Below, in pieces: positions 44,307 through 55,835 of a stretch of DNA of 64,000 bases (position 1 is the first letter of the stretch; every line of letters begins with the position of its first letter). A program made the position numbers and the translations under genes. The notes below the pieces were generated by a model that was not told the DNA's origin, ran no database searches, and saw nothing but the letters and a program-made list of their open reading frames with translations. The DNA is from Paramoeba atlantica (taxonomy: Eukaryota; Protista; Discosea). Where the stretch lies: NCBI GenBank assembly GCA_977017575.1, contig CDRNVI010000010.1, positions 62,001-126,000 on the forward strand, read 5' to 3'.

Positions 44307-46061
44307 TTACAGACTTAGCTCGGCACTTGTCCAAAGTGCCTTTTCGCGGTTCCACCAAAGAGTAAAGCTGCCCCGAAGGGCCGACTGAAAGATGGCTTCC
44401 CGGCATTTTACCGCAAGCCTCTCGTCTCCGCCAAAAGCGCTATTTAACTTGCTGCAGGAGACTAATAGAGCGCCAACTTCAAGCGGGCTCCAACTTCAAA
44501 GGCAATTAGGTTTGTACGAGGCTGTGTGGTGCGCCTTTCGTGGAGTAATGTTCTGTACTTGTTTACTTTTCCTTCGTGCGCTAGCTCACGATTTTCTTCC
44601 CAAGGCACTGTTAGTTCCAGGATGAACTCTGATCCGTCTTTGAGTGTGATCAGTCCATCCGGGCGCAACATGTCTTCACGTGCATGTAGACATTCCGGGG
44701 CGTTCCGGAAACCTGGGACATCAAGGTGCAAGCTTTTAGTGTAGGGAGAGGATTGGAGATGGTGTCCAAGGGTTTGTAGAATCAGGTCGTGGCGATAAGT
44801 GTAGCGCCCCTGAGCTAGTGATTCTTTACAGCCCGAAAGGATGTGTCGTGTTGTTTGTGGCGCTTGCTCGCATATAGGACATGTCACGGTCGCTCGTCTG
44901 AGTCCCCACAAACGCAGGTTTGTTCTGGAAGGTAGTGGTGTGAGCGTAATGAGGGATGTAGCGAAACGGGAAAGCTTTTCACTATTCAGATTGTTTAGTG
45001 CTGCGGCGAATTCTTTGGCGAGATCTGCTTCCGAGGGCCCATTCCACCATTTCGCTGCTGTCGGTGCTCTTTTCCGAAGTTGATCAATCATATAGTTTTC
45101 ATGGTTTTCACGTACCTTCTGCAAGGCCTTCTTTGGTTCATGTAAGAGGTCTAGGATTTCGTAACATGGCCGGATTTACCCTGCACGGCGTTTATCTTGT
45201 TCTTCCTTTATGCGAGATCGCAGCACGGTCTTAACTGCGGGGTCGTGCGGTTTATTCATTTGCGTTAGCGCTTGTACCGAGCACTCGGACCACAGCTGGG
45301 AAAGACTTGTCAGGTTCCATCCTCTTTCGGAATACAAGACTTCAGTAGAAGCCTTAGATGCGGCGTTGATCCATTTCCTGATGTGAAATCTAGCTCGCTT
45401 TTGTAGGCGCAGGCTGAAGTTGAATGTCAAACACGGATGTACCGAGAGGGCGTAGCGGAGTCTAGATATAAGTGCGTTTTCATAAATCTATAGGCGTTCC
45501 GGAAGACTATGATGACTTTCATCTATGTTTCGGAGGCATTCTTTTATTTTTCTGTCCAGTTTCCTAAATAGTTCTCGTGATTGCTGCGCCCCTGGGGCCA
45601 GTGTCATGCCCAGAAAGGTACTTCCGTGATCGCAAATGTGTGGTATCGGTTTGCTGTCAACTAGGATCTTAGGCTTTCGTGTCATATAGCCCGTTTGATC
45701 CGTACCACTCCTCATCGCCATACACTGTGTACGGCTTTTGTCCACATTGATAGAGAGACCAAGGCATTTCAGTATTTCTTGCAGGGTGTTCATCGCTCGT
45801 TGCATTTCATCGTCTTTCCGGGTAAGTACAGTGAGGTCGTCGACGTAGGCTTTTAGGAAATGGCGTGGGGTATCCTCATAGCCTAGCCCGTAGTTTGGGC
45901 ACGAACTTCGAAGGAAGCGGAGCACCACCTCCATTACGATGTTGAATAGCGAAGGGGAAAGCGTATCGCCTTGTAGGACCCCTCTCTGTATCTTTATCGG
46001 TCGTGTAAGCCCCTCAGTGCACTTTACCTGCATTTGGGCGTTCTGGTACATATGTTTTATG
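44307..46061 (-). pseudogene. Non-LTR retrotransposon 3' part: RT, CCHC zinc knuckle and REL endonuclease (R2-group, HERO/NeSL-like)
   Basis: GVLQGDTLSPSLF, AYVDD, CPIC..TTRHILSGCKESLAQGRYTYRHD, RPD, ELTVPWE, EVGAR, and frameshifted tail ALRGSFTLWWNR. Several stops and frameshifts. Cut at the 5' side by a pogo insertion. Confidence 0.9.
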
Positions 46062-46063
46062 TA

Positions 46064-47360
46064 CCGTTACCCCCCCCTTACTTCACCTCCCCCCTTACTT
46101 CACCACATTTCGCCACTCCGTATGTGGTGAAGTAAGGGGGGTGTCAGAATTTTCCCCCGATTCCTACTCTGTGATGATAGTTAACCCAGGTCAGAAATTG
46201 TAAATTTTCATTGATTTCAATATTTATTCAATACACGATGGCCCCACCACTTCTATTCTTTAAACGCGAGCCAAGTGACTCTATCCTCACCGTTGCCACA
46301 CGAAACTGTTGCCGTACTGCCCTTCCCCGATGATACTTCAGCTACGCCATCCACCGCATTAATATTGAATGCATCTAACCAGCTTGCTGAGCAGCCGCGG
46401 AAGGTTCGGGTGGATCTTACCATACAGCAAAAAAACAACCTATGTGCTAGTATAGATGCCGGCAAGTCTGTAAGCGTGGCCGCCCGAGATTACAAGGTCG
46501 AGGTAAGCACGGTGCATAGAGTTTATCGGAAAAAAGAAGATTGGCATAGATTTACTCAACTTGGCTTCGGGAAATTGTTTCAGTATCATCCCCCCCGAGC
46601 AAATAAAGAATTATATGAAAAAGGGTTGACGCAACTGCTTTTGCGTCTCTTTCGGCAGTCACGAAACCGACAATGTTGGGGTACTTTGGTGGAATTTCAG
46701 AGCACTTCTGTTCCCTTACCGACGAAGGAAAAGAAAAATTTTGGATTCGTTTTTGCACCTTCGCCAATATTTCGCGACGAAGAGTCAATGGAGCGACCCA
46801 AATGGTCCCAAAAGACATGGACGAGCGTATAGGAGCCTTTTTGAATATGATAGCTCTGTGAAATTGTGATCGCGGAGGATACGCTGTAATTGTAACAGGG
46901 GACGAGACCTGTGTTGTGTGGGAGCCCGTCAATGAAATCACATACGACACTAAAGGGACAAAGCGTGTAAAGGTTTTAACTACAGGGAAAGAGAAGAAGA
47001 CACTGACTGCGTGGTTTTGGGCCGCTCTGTTACGAACCAACGGCATGCAGAAAGCACGTGGGAGCATAAGGTGTTTCCTCCGCACTTAATTTGGGAAGCC
47101 CATTCAGATTCTGGGAAGGTTTCCAAAGAGGTGCTCCGGGCGGAAGAAAAGTACAATTGTACGGCAACAACGACAACAAGCGGGTGGAACACAGGAGAGT
47201 CATTTAAAAAATGGGCTGAAGCGGAATTTTTTGACAGAATCAAGTATCCTCCGCGGAAGACACTTATTATTTTGGATCTGTACGCTGCTCATCGGACAGC
47301 GGAATTATTATTGTTCTTTCGTGAGAGAGAAATCGATGTTTAATTCGTTCCAGGAGGTTC
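46064..47360 (+). mobile_element. pogo-like transposon, 3'-truncated and degenerate
   Basis: TA|CCGTTACCCCCCCCTTACTT left TIR (same family as 13546). HTH RKVRVDLTIQQK, TGDETCV, ILDLYAAH, then a stop at 47341-43. No right TIR found. Confidence 0.85.
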
Positions 47361-47443
47361 GTTTTCGAGCGCCGTCGGTTCGTTGAACGATTCAACGAAC
47401 CGATTTTTTATTTTTTTTCACTGAACTTTTCTGGGATTCTTCC

Positions 47444-49880
47444 AGCGAAGCCCACTTCTTGAGGCAAAACCCCCGTCTGCGAGCAAGACCCAACTGTGAG
47501 CGAAGCCCACTTCTGGAGGCAAAAGCCCCCGTCTGCGAGCAAGGCCCAACTGTGAGCGTAGCCCTGGGACATAATTATATTTTTTAGCGGCCCGCGGGCT
47601 CCAGCGCGCGGGTCGCGCACTGAGGACCTATGTCTGCCACTTCCGCAGGATTGTCGAGAGGCAAGGCCCAACGTTGAGCGAAGCCCACTTCTGGAGGCAA
47701 AAGCCCCCGTCTGCGAGCAAGGCCCAACTGTGAGCGTAGCCCTGGGACATAATTATATTTTTTAGCGGCCCGCGGGCTCCAGCGCGCGGGTCGCGCACTG
47801 AGGACCTATGTCTGCCACTTCCGCAGGATTGTCGAGAGGCAAGGCCCAACTGTGAGCGAAGCCCACTTCTGGAGGCAAAAGCCCCCGACTGCGAGCAAGG
47901 CCCGACTGTGAGCGTAGCCCTGGGACATAATTATATTTTTTAGCGGCCCGCGGGCTCCAGCGCGCGGGTCGCGCACTGAGGACCTATGTCTGCCACTTCC
48001 GCAGGATTGTCGAGAGGCAAGGCCCAACGTTGAGCGAAGCCCACTTCTGGAGGCAAAAGCCCCCGTCTGCGAGCAAGGCCCAACTGTGAGCGTAGCCCTG
48101 GGACATAATTATATTTTTTAGCGGCCCGCGGGCTCCAGCGCGCGGGTCGCGCACTGAGGACCTATGTCTGCCACTTCCGCAGGATTGTCGAGAGGCAAGG
48201 CCCAACTGTGAGCGAAGCCCACTTCTGGAGGCAAAAGCCCCCGTCTGCGAGCAAGGCCCAACTGTGAGCGTAGCCCTGGGACATAATTATATTTTTTAGC
48301 GGCCCGCGGGCTCCAGCGCGCGGGTCGCGCACTGAGGACCTATGTCTGCCACTTCCGCAGGATTGTCGAGAGGCAAGGCCCAACTGTGAGCGAAGCCCAC
48401 TTCTGGAGGCAAAAGCCCCCGTCTGCGAGCAAGGCCCAACTGTGAGCGTAGCCCTGGGACATAATTATATTTTTTAGCGGCCCGCGGGCTCCATCGCGCG
48501 GGTCGCGCACTGAGGACCTATGTCTGCCACTTCCGCAGGATTGTCGAGAGGCAAGGCCCAAAGTTGAGCGAAGCCCACTTCTGGAGGCAAAAGCCCCCGT
48601 CTGCGAGCAAGGCCCAACTGTGAGCGTAGCCCTGGGACATAATTATATTTTTTAGCGGCCCGCGGGCTCCAGCGCGCGGGTCGCGCACTGAGGACCTATG
48701 TCTGCCACTTCCGCAGGATTGTCGAGAGGCAAGGCCCAACGTTGAGCGAAGCCCACTTCTGGAGGCAAAAGCCCCCGTCTGCGAGCAAGGCCCAACTGTG
48801 AGCGTAGCCCTGGGACATAATTATATTTTTTGGCGGCCCGCGGGCTCCAGCGCGCGGGTCGCGCACTGAGGACCTATGTCTGCCACTTCCGCAGGATTGT
48901 CGAGAGGCAAGGCCCAACTGTGAGCGAAGCCCACTTCTGGAGGCAAAAATCCCCCGTCTGCGAGCAAGGCCCAACTGTGAGCGTAGCCCTGGGACATAAT
49001 TATATTTTTTTTGGCGGCCCGCGGGCTCCAGCGCGCGGGTCGCGCACTGAGGACCTATGTCTGCCACTTCCGCAGGATTGTCGAGAGGCAAGGCCCAACG
49101 TTGAGCGAAGCCCACTTCTGGAGGCAAAAGCCCCCGTCTGCGAGCAAGGCCCAACTGTGAGCGTAGCCCTGGGACATAATTATATTTTTTGGCGGCCCGC
49201 GGGCTCCAGCGCGCGGGTCGCGCACTGAGGACCTATGTCTGCCACTTCCGCAGGATTGTCGAGAGGTAAGGCCCAACGTTGAGCGAAGCCCACTTCTGGA
49301 GGCAAAAGCCCCCGTCTGCGAGCAAGGCCCAACTGTGAGCGTAGCCCTGGGACATAATGATATTTTTTGGCGGCCCGCGGGCTCCAGCGCGCGGGTCGCG
49401 CACTGAGGACCTATGTCTGCCACTTCCGCAGGATTGTCGAGAGGCAAGGCCCAACTGTGAGCGAAGCCCACTTCTGGAGGCAAAAATCCCCCGTCTGCGA
49501 GCAAGGCCCAACTGTGAGCGTAGCCCTGGGACATAATTATATTTTTTAGCTGCCCGCGGGCTCCATCGCGCGGGTCGCGCACTGAGGACCTATGTCTGCC
49601 ACTTCCGCAGGATTGTCGAGAGGCAAGGCCCAACGTTGAGCGAAGCCCACTTCTGGAGGCAAAAGCCCCCGTCTGCGAGCAAGGCCCAACTGTGAGCGTA
49701 GCCCTGGGACATAATTATATTTTTTAGCGGCCCGCGGGCTCCAGCGCGCGGGTCGCGCACTGAGGACCTATGTCTGCCACTTCCGCAGGATTGTCGAGAG
49801 GCAAGGCCCAACGTTGAGCGAAGCCCACTTCTGGAGGCAAAAGCCCCCGTCTGCGAGCAAGGCCCAACTGTGAGCGTAGC
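47444..49880. repeat. 178-bp tandem satellite, about 13 copies
   Basis: Near-identical units. Repeat-derived ORFs recur at exactly 178-bp spacing (47628, 47806, 47984 ... 48696). Each unit has one ATAATTATATTTTTT tract and two AAGGCCCAAC(TG/GT)TGAGCG subrepeats. Confidence 0.97.
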
Positions 49881-50587
49881 AAATGATTGGAACATATTTA
49901 CAAAAAGTTCCTTAAAAAAAGAATTTTCCCCTCCAGTTTCTAAGCAGGATGTAAGAAAACGCCGCTTTTTCTCCATCCATCGAGGAGGGGGTCGGCCGGA
50001 TACGCTAGTAAATTGTTCAATACTGCCTACGTTCTGATCTTGTCACCTTTTCCCCTTCGGTCGTGACATGCGAGTAAAACAAAAAGCTTAAAACCAATTT
50101 ATAATTATAAAAACACTATGAAAGAATTATAAACCCTTAATAATTATAAATTTAGGATTTGTGCAAATTTATAATTATTAATGCAACTTACAGTACATTT
50201 TAGTTGTATCATTTTATCTATGTTCGCGCTCAAGTAGTTGATACCTTCAATTTGTGTTGAACTATCGGGGCGTTGGTGGTTTTATTTCCTGGTTTATTGT
50301 AATGAAAAGACTCATCATTATGCGAGGACTCATTCAAACAAATATTAAATCTGGGATATGGTAAACAGCTATGTGGTCAGTGTTTTTAATCTAAGGCGTG
50401 AAAAACTTTAAGGAAAATATTAACCCCTTAATTTGTTTGTTGTTGTTGTGGTGTACTAGTCATCTCCGGGTGTGTAAAAAAATGGAGAATATTATTTCCA
50501 TAAAAAAATACGGGACGGTTAATTACAGGACACCCTGATGACCCTTTGACCTTGATTTGGGGTGTCCCTTAATTAATAAATTGGCTA

Positions 50588-51532
50588 TGTCTCTACTTCG
50601 TTGAATATTCAATGAAGCGCCGTCGGTTCGTTGAATATTCAACGAAGCGCCGTCGGTTCGTTGAACGATTCAACGAACCGATTTTTTATTTTTTTTCACT
50701 GAACTTTTCTGGGATTCTGCCAGCGAAGCCCACTTCTTGAGGCAAAACCCCCGTCTGCGAGCAAGGCCCAACTGTGAGTGAAGCCCTGGGACATAATTAT
50801 ATTTTTTAGCGGCCCGCGCGCTCCAGCGCGCGGGTCGCGCACTGAGAACCTATGTCTGCCACTTCCGCAGGATTGTCGAGAGGCAAGGCCCAACGTTGAG
50901 CGAAGCCCACTTCTGGAGGCAAAAGCCCCCGTCTGCGAGCAAGGCCCAACTGTGAGCGTAGCCCTGGGACATAATTATATTTTTTGGCGGCCCGCGGGCT
51001 CCAGCGCGCGGGTCGCGCACTGAGAACCTATGTCTGCCACTTCCGCAGGATTCTGGTTGGTTGGGTGGTTTCCGCAGGATTCTGGACTATTTTTTAATAT
51101 TGATGTGTAGAAAACAGGACCTTTTTCTTTTGCGGATCCTATTTTGAATGAACAACAGTGATACTGGCAATACTTCGGAAGCATTTTTGCGTCGCTTCAT
51201 GGCCTTCTTGCACCTATATTTTCTAATAATACACGACGTATCTAACACCATGTTTCATCCGTGCGTTTCACATTCATTCACAGGAATCTCCAAACGGGTT
51301 AAACTACAACAACAGAAATCTACATGAGATCGACTTGCCGTAAAAGAGTTTCTAGTACCATGCGCTACCTTTGTTGCTCCGTTGAGACAATTTAAAATGT
51401 TAAAAAAATCGAATGCTCGCTCGAAAAAAAATTAAAATCCCGTTCGTTGAATATTCAACGAAGCGCCATCGCTTCGTTGAATCGTTCAACGAACCGCCGG
51501 CGGTTCGTTGAATATTCAACGAAGTAGAGACG
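50588..51532. mobile_element. TA-flanked MITE with palindromic subterminal repeats and about 2 satellite units
   Basis: TIR (T/C)GTCTCTACTTCGTTGAATATTCAA, TA TSD (50586-87 and 51533-34). Internal copies of the 178-bp unit at ~50723-51050. Confidence 0.88.
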
Positions 51533-51989
51533 TACTCAATAAATTTAATTTATAATGATATTTTTTCCTATTACGCATACGTAAGTTATGCGGAGCCAGC
51601 TTGATTGTCCGTCTGAGAGTGGGGTCACCAACAGGCGGACCAAATGCGGCCACCCCCTGAAAGCCGAGCACAAAAAAATGCACGAGCTCGCAGCCGCCCG
51701 GCAACTGCCGCCCACCTTTCCCAACTTTTTTGATGAATGCTATTTTTTCTTCCGAAAACGTGTTAAAACGCTTCTTTGGGTTACCCCCGAGGTCCTACTG
51801 AGATTTTGTAATGAAAAAGACCTGTGCTTTTAAATTTCCGAAAAAATCGTTTTATTACCCATTTTATGCCCCTTTCAAGCTCGCCGAATTAACCTTAGTA
51901 AGCGAGTTAGACACTCACCGTATCTCCCTCAAGAAAGAAATAGAGACTTACAAATGGATTGAATTTTATAATGTTTAAAAATACCATTA

Positions 51990-52388
51990 TTAGATATCTG
52001 ACAAATCTTGCAACGTTATTTTTCCAGTTGCGTGGTCCTGCTTCCAGGATGATTTCCCCAAATATGGACATTGTGAACACCGGAAGGCATCCCCCTTACT
52101 ACAATTTCCACACCCTCCAGTAGATAAAGAACTCACCCTCATACTTTCATCTGTGCTTCGAGAAGTATTTTCGGCCTCAGCACGACCACAAATGCAATTT
52201 TTGCAAACTTTGTTTCTTTTGGAGCAATCCGGCTCATATGTAGTGGAACTTTTTTCTCTTGTATCTTCTTCAGTCAGCAGCTCGCTTTCACATAAAAGCT
52301 CTTCGTCGTCCATGTTCGGAGTATTCAGAAATATATCTACGGGCTCACGTGTTCTCATGGAGTAGACTTTCATTTTAGAGACATTCAT
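51990..52388 (-). CDS. DRE2: Fe-S assembly factor Dre2/anamorsin, short form
   Basis: C..RNKVCKNCICGR and GCGNCSKGDAFRCSQCPYLG motifs. No N-terminal methyltransferase-like domain. Confidence 0.85.
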   Translation of the reverse strand: MNVSKMKVYSMRTREPVDIFLNTPNMDDEELLCESELLTEEDTREKSSTTYEPDCSKRNKVCKNCICGRAEAENTSRSTDESMRVSSLSTGGCGNCSKGDAFRCSQCPYLGKSSWKQDHATGKITLQDLSDI

Positions 52389-52696
52389 TGAACATAAACG
52401 CTATTGTGTGAAATATGCAAGTATTTTTTTAGTAGTACTCGGGAGCAAGTAATTTCATTAGTAACCGAAAATAATTGAACATTGTAGTATATAAGACTTA
52501 CGTGTGTATACGCTGCACATGCTTTTTAAGTATGGCAGTGTTCAGTCTCAATATTTGATCGACTTATCCATATACTATGAATAACACAGCTTGTATCATA
52601 AAAGTATTTTTCTGTCTTTTATTAGAAGAAAGCCACACATTTTGTCAGCGAATACGTATTTGTGAGACGGACGACTTGATAGCGCATCACACGCCC

Positions 52697-53476
52697 TTAG
52701 GAAGCTACAAACATTGATTCATTTGACAGTGTCGTATTACTCTCTCGGGCTAACTTACTACGCTGCACTTCGTCAAGTAGGGCATCGACATCGTTGTCAG
52801 CATAGCAGCCAAACTCCTTTCCTATGCCTATAACACTGACATCCGTATTTTTACCGTCAAGTTTGACATCATCCCCGCAAGTCATACTAAGTGCCTTCAA
52901 AGCGTGTTTCGTTATTTCATTCAAGTCTGACGTTGCGAATTGTTGATAACGTTTCTCGAGATACATTCGCGCCGACTGACTTCTGGCACCAATGGCCGCG
53001 CCTTGGGTAGGAAAGATCAACCCTGATGGACCAATCTGATACAGGTGACAACCCGTGCTGTCGCTTCCGATCAGGAGACTTCCAACCCCCAGAGGACGCT
53101 GCGAGCTATTGAGCGTTCGGTTGTGCATTTCATTTGCCACCAGCTCTGCCAGAAGAGACAGTGGGCAAGGTGAGTCATGTGCGTACTCGTAGTTCATGCA
53201 CTCGGTTCGCATCCACTCTGCCATCACACGAGCGTCCGAGATCAATCCTGATATCGCCATACCACAGTGTAACGCAATTTCAAATACCTTCTTTTGATGA
53301 GAAGCAAATTTTTCTTTTGGGGCTCTTTTCAAGGAACAAACCACAGCGCAATCCTTGCCTCGAATCCCTACACACGCGCTTCCTTGTTTTACTGCCTCCT
53401 GAGCATATTCCACTTGGTACAGACGTCCGTGCGGGGACCACGTGGCAATATCGGTGTCGTATTGATTGCGTTGCAT
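52697..53476 (-). CDS. PSMA1: 20S proteasome alpha-6 subunit
   Basis: RNQYDTDIATWSPHGRLYQVEYAQEAVKQGS, AIGARSQSARMYLE. Confidence 0.9.
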   Translation of the reverse strand: MQRNQYDTDIATWSPHGRLYQVEYAQEAVKQGSACVGIRGKDCAVVCSLKRAPKEKFASHQKKVFEIALHCGMAISGLISDARVMAEWMRTECMNYEYAHDSPCPLSLLAELVANEMHNRTLNSSQRPLGVGSLLIGSDSTGCHLYQIGPSGLIFPTQGAAIGARSQSARMYLEKRYQQFATSDLNEITKHALKALSMTCGDDVKLDGKNTDVSVIGIGKEFGCYADNDVDALLDEVQRSKLARESNTTLSNESMFVAS

Positions 53477-53596
53477 TATTAAAAAGCAGTAAAAAGATAA
53501 AAAAAAGAAATCCCCTTTGCGCACATGAGGTGAACTTTCATATTCCTTTTTCCTGTAGAATCATTCTACATTTTTAAGTGATGCTGCTATTGATCT

Positions 53597-53782
53597 TTAT
53601 GATTTCAGGCTATCCTCGTCATTTAAATCAACAGACATACACACACAGTATACCAGCATACCACGGCATACCACACACAGTATACCAGCGTAAACAAGGA
53701 TTTGCGGACAATAACTACCAATAGGGGCCTTGTCAACAAATGGTATTCCAAATACCACTCCAAAAATAATCAAAAATGACAC
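53597..53782 (-). CDS. Small two-TM protein, possibly V-ATPase subunit e
   Basis: 61 aa on the gene strand with two hydrophobic segments and a CVVC..ML..C pattern. Weak resemblance only. Confidence 0.3.
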   Translation of the reverse strand: MSFLIIFGVVFGIPFVDKAPIGSYCPQILVYAGILCVVCRGMLVYCVCMSVDLNDEDSLKS

Positions 53783-53958
53783 GAAAGAGGCTTACCGCGC
53801 AGCCCAAAAACTAGTGTCATGGTGTAAAGATATAAATTAATTTTAGCATCACGCGTCTTTAACAAATTATCGTTTTCGGAATCAGAGAGTAAGTTTACAT
53901 TTGCCGAAAATCAAAAATAAACACATGTATTAATAGAGCACCTAACGCCAGTTGTCGC

Positions 53959-54480
53959 CTACAACTGAGCACGTCGCGCCTCTCGAGTTCCCCTGCGGCG
54001 CATTTCCGTGTCGATTTGATGGGAGGTTTGATTGTGGTTGTAACCTGAACTTAGTGCTATTTCGTGCCCTGCTTCCAAATACCCTTTTCGACCCTCTGTA
54101 ATGGAGTGATTGATTGACTTGCGTGCAGACTCGCTCACTACCCGATCCGCAACAAAGTCCAATGGGCATCGTCGCCCAGAGCTGCCATGCTGCTGTAGAG
54201 CCCAGGAGGCCCAAAGCACTATAGCAATATTCTGCAAAAAACGAACGATCTCGTGAAGGTCCTGCGGCTCGCTACGCCACATTCGTTGTAGCCATCCGAA
54301 TTTAGAAAACGGAAACGTTTTAGAGAGCCCAGAAAAGACGTTGCCAAGCAGCAAAGCTGCGGGAGCCAATGAAACAATAATGGGAAGCGTTTTGCATGTG
54401 GGTAAAGGCAGCACACGCTCTTCCAAAAAGTGTACCACTTGATGAACTGGAATCCAAATGTCGGACATAGAGTTCTCCAT
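53959..54480 (-). CDS. Hypothetical membrane protein
   Basis: 173-aa ORF on the gene strand with two hydrophobic segments. No recognised motif. Confidence 0.4.
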   Translation of the reverse strand: MENSMSDIWIPVHQVVHFLEERVLPLPTCKTLPIIVSLAPAALLLGNVFSGLSKTFPFSKFGWLQRMWRSEPQDLHEIVRFLQNIAIVLWASWALQQHGSSGRRCPLDFVADRVVSESARKSINHSITEGRKGYLEAGHEIALSSGYNHNQTSHQIDTEMRRRGTREARRAQL

Positions 54481-54899
54481 TAGTCAACAAAATGCAGCTA
54501 AATTATGATTATGTAGGACGCCAAAGGTTGTCTTAGCCATAGAAAATAAAAATAAATACTATCCGCCTCCTATTTAATGGGGCTCCGATTTTGGGCGAAA
54601 CGTCCTGTTAAAGGGGGGGTACATGGAAAAACATATGAAAAAAAAATCGCCCCCCCTTCGCGGCGCCGTTTTTATCGTTGTTAAGCAAGTTGCTCCCTTT
54701 TGATACACTTTATGCTGTTGGGGTGGCTATAAAGGGCGGATTCGGAAATTATTTTTACTCTTCCCATCGTTCGGTTCGCGAGAAACAGTTCGGTTCGCGA
54801 GAAACAACTGCGAAGGCCTTCTGAAGCGAATATACGACAGATTTTTTCCCATCGGAGCTTCTGATTCCTGAACAGCAACATGGTACGAGAAGCACACGT

Positions 54900-55223
54900 A
54901 TCTTATTCAACAAGACCCTATATTGATCACGTCTTTACAAAGCGCATGAGAGACTAATGGGGTAGAGACCCCAAAGCTTGGAGGCGTGACGCGGTGGTGT
55001 AATGACAAATTTATGTGCATGCAGTTACTTGCAAAAAATATGGACACTGTAGCCTCGTTTGTGCAGAGTAAAAGCGAGAAGGGAAAAGCTTCGAACTCGA
55101 TTTTGAAATGCAAGCGTGTGTTAGATCGTTTCGGTGCATCTCTTATCGAAGCTGGTTGCATTTCTTTTCTCAATGAATGTAACTGGTACTTAGTACGTAC
55201 TATCCGTACTAAGGGGATGTATG
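54900..55223 (+). mobile_element. Fragment of a second hAT-family copy with terminal TIR
   Basis: Encodes GVETPKLGGVTRWCNDKF..NMDTVASF, homologous to the 11951 element. Ends in GTACT repeats plus GGGGATGTATG (inverted TIR). Confidence 0.8.
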
Positions 55224-55286
55224 TTAGTACAGAAAACTTGACAATTTCGAAAATATGATTCTAGAACGAAAAACATTACGCCGAAG

Positions 55287-55835
55287 CTACGACGATGTAT
55301 CAAATGGTCTGTCATCTGCACGCCATGCGTGCCATGCTTGTTTTGGATCTCTGACCGCTTCCTCTGTAGGAGGCTCAAGCTCCTCATGCTTCATTTTAAA
55401 ATTCTTCACGTAAAGTGTTTGATGCAAGAGAGCTTGCCGTCGTGCCAGCCATCCAAGCAAAAGTGATATACCAAAAAACATGGCAAGTACATCCCAACCA
55501 TCGGTTAAACTTTCCTTAGATGTGCTCACTCGATTATATCCGGACCCCTCATCATGAGTTACTCGATTGCATTCGATGGGTTTCCGCAACGGGTCATCAG
55601 CATACCTATCCAATAATTTGTAGGACTCTTGTAACAGACGAAAATTCTCATTGGTACCACCGTGATCAGGATGGTGCTTCAAAAGTAGCTGCCGATATTT
55701 CTTCTTTAACCTTGTTCGGCTGACAGACTCATTTAATTTAAATCCGAACAACCCAAAGGCCTGTGATATTTTTACGCCATCTGCAGGAGTGAATACATCA
55801 CTTTGACGACACAGTAGCTGAGCACTCCTTATCAT
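55287..55835 (-). CDS. J-domain (DnaJ) protein with a C-terminal TM, likely mitochondrial
   Basis: LKKKYRQLLLKHHPDHGG..F..LQESY, presequence-like N-terminus, one TM helix. Confidence 0.85.
   Translation of the reverse strand: MIRSAQLLCRQSDVFTPADGVKISQAFGLFGFKLNESVSRTRLKKKYRQLLLKHHPDHGGTNENFRLLQESYKLLDRYADDPLRKPIECNRVTHDEGSGYNRVSTSKESLTDGWDVLAMFFGISLLLGWLARRQALLHQTLYVKNFKMKHEELEPPTEEAVRDPKQAWHAWRADDRPFDTSS

Noticed and set aside
47444-49880. CRISPR array or a family of 73-aa genes (MGLASRQSCG...)
   Set aside because: The units are wholly repeated with no unique spacers, there are no cas genes and the context is eukaryotic. The ORFs are by-products of the GC-rich repeat.
47444-49880. Homology to the T. 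brucei 177-bp minichromosome repeat, or an SL/5S gene array
   Set aside because: Only the length is similar. This unit is GC-rich and contains no SL core or 5S boxes.
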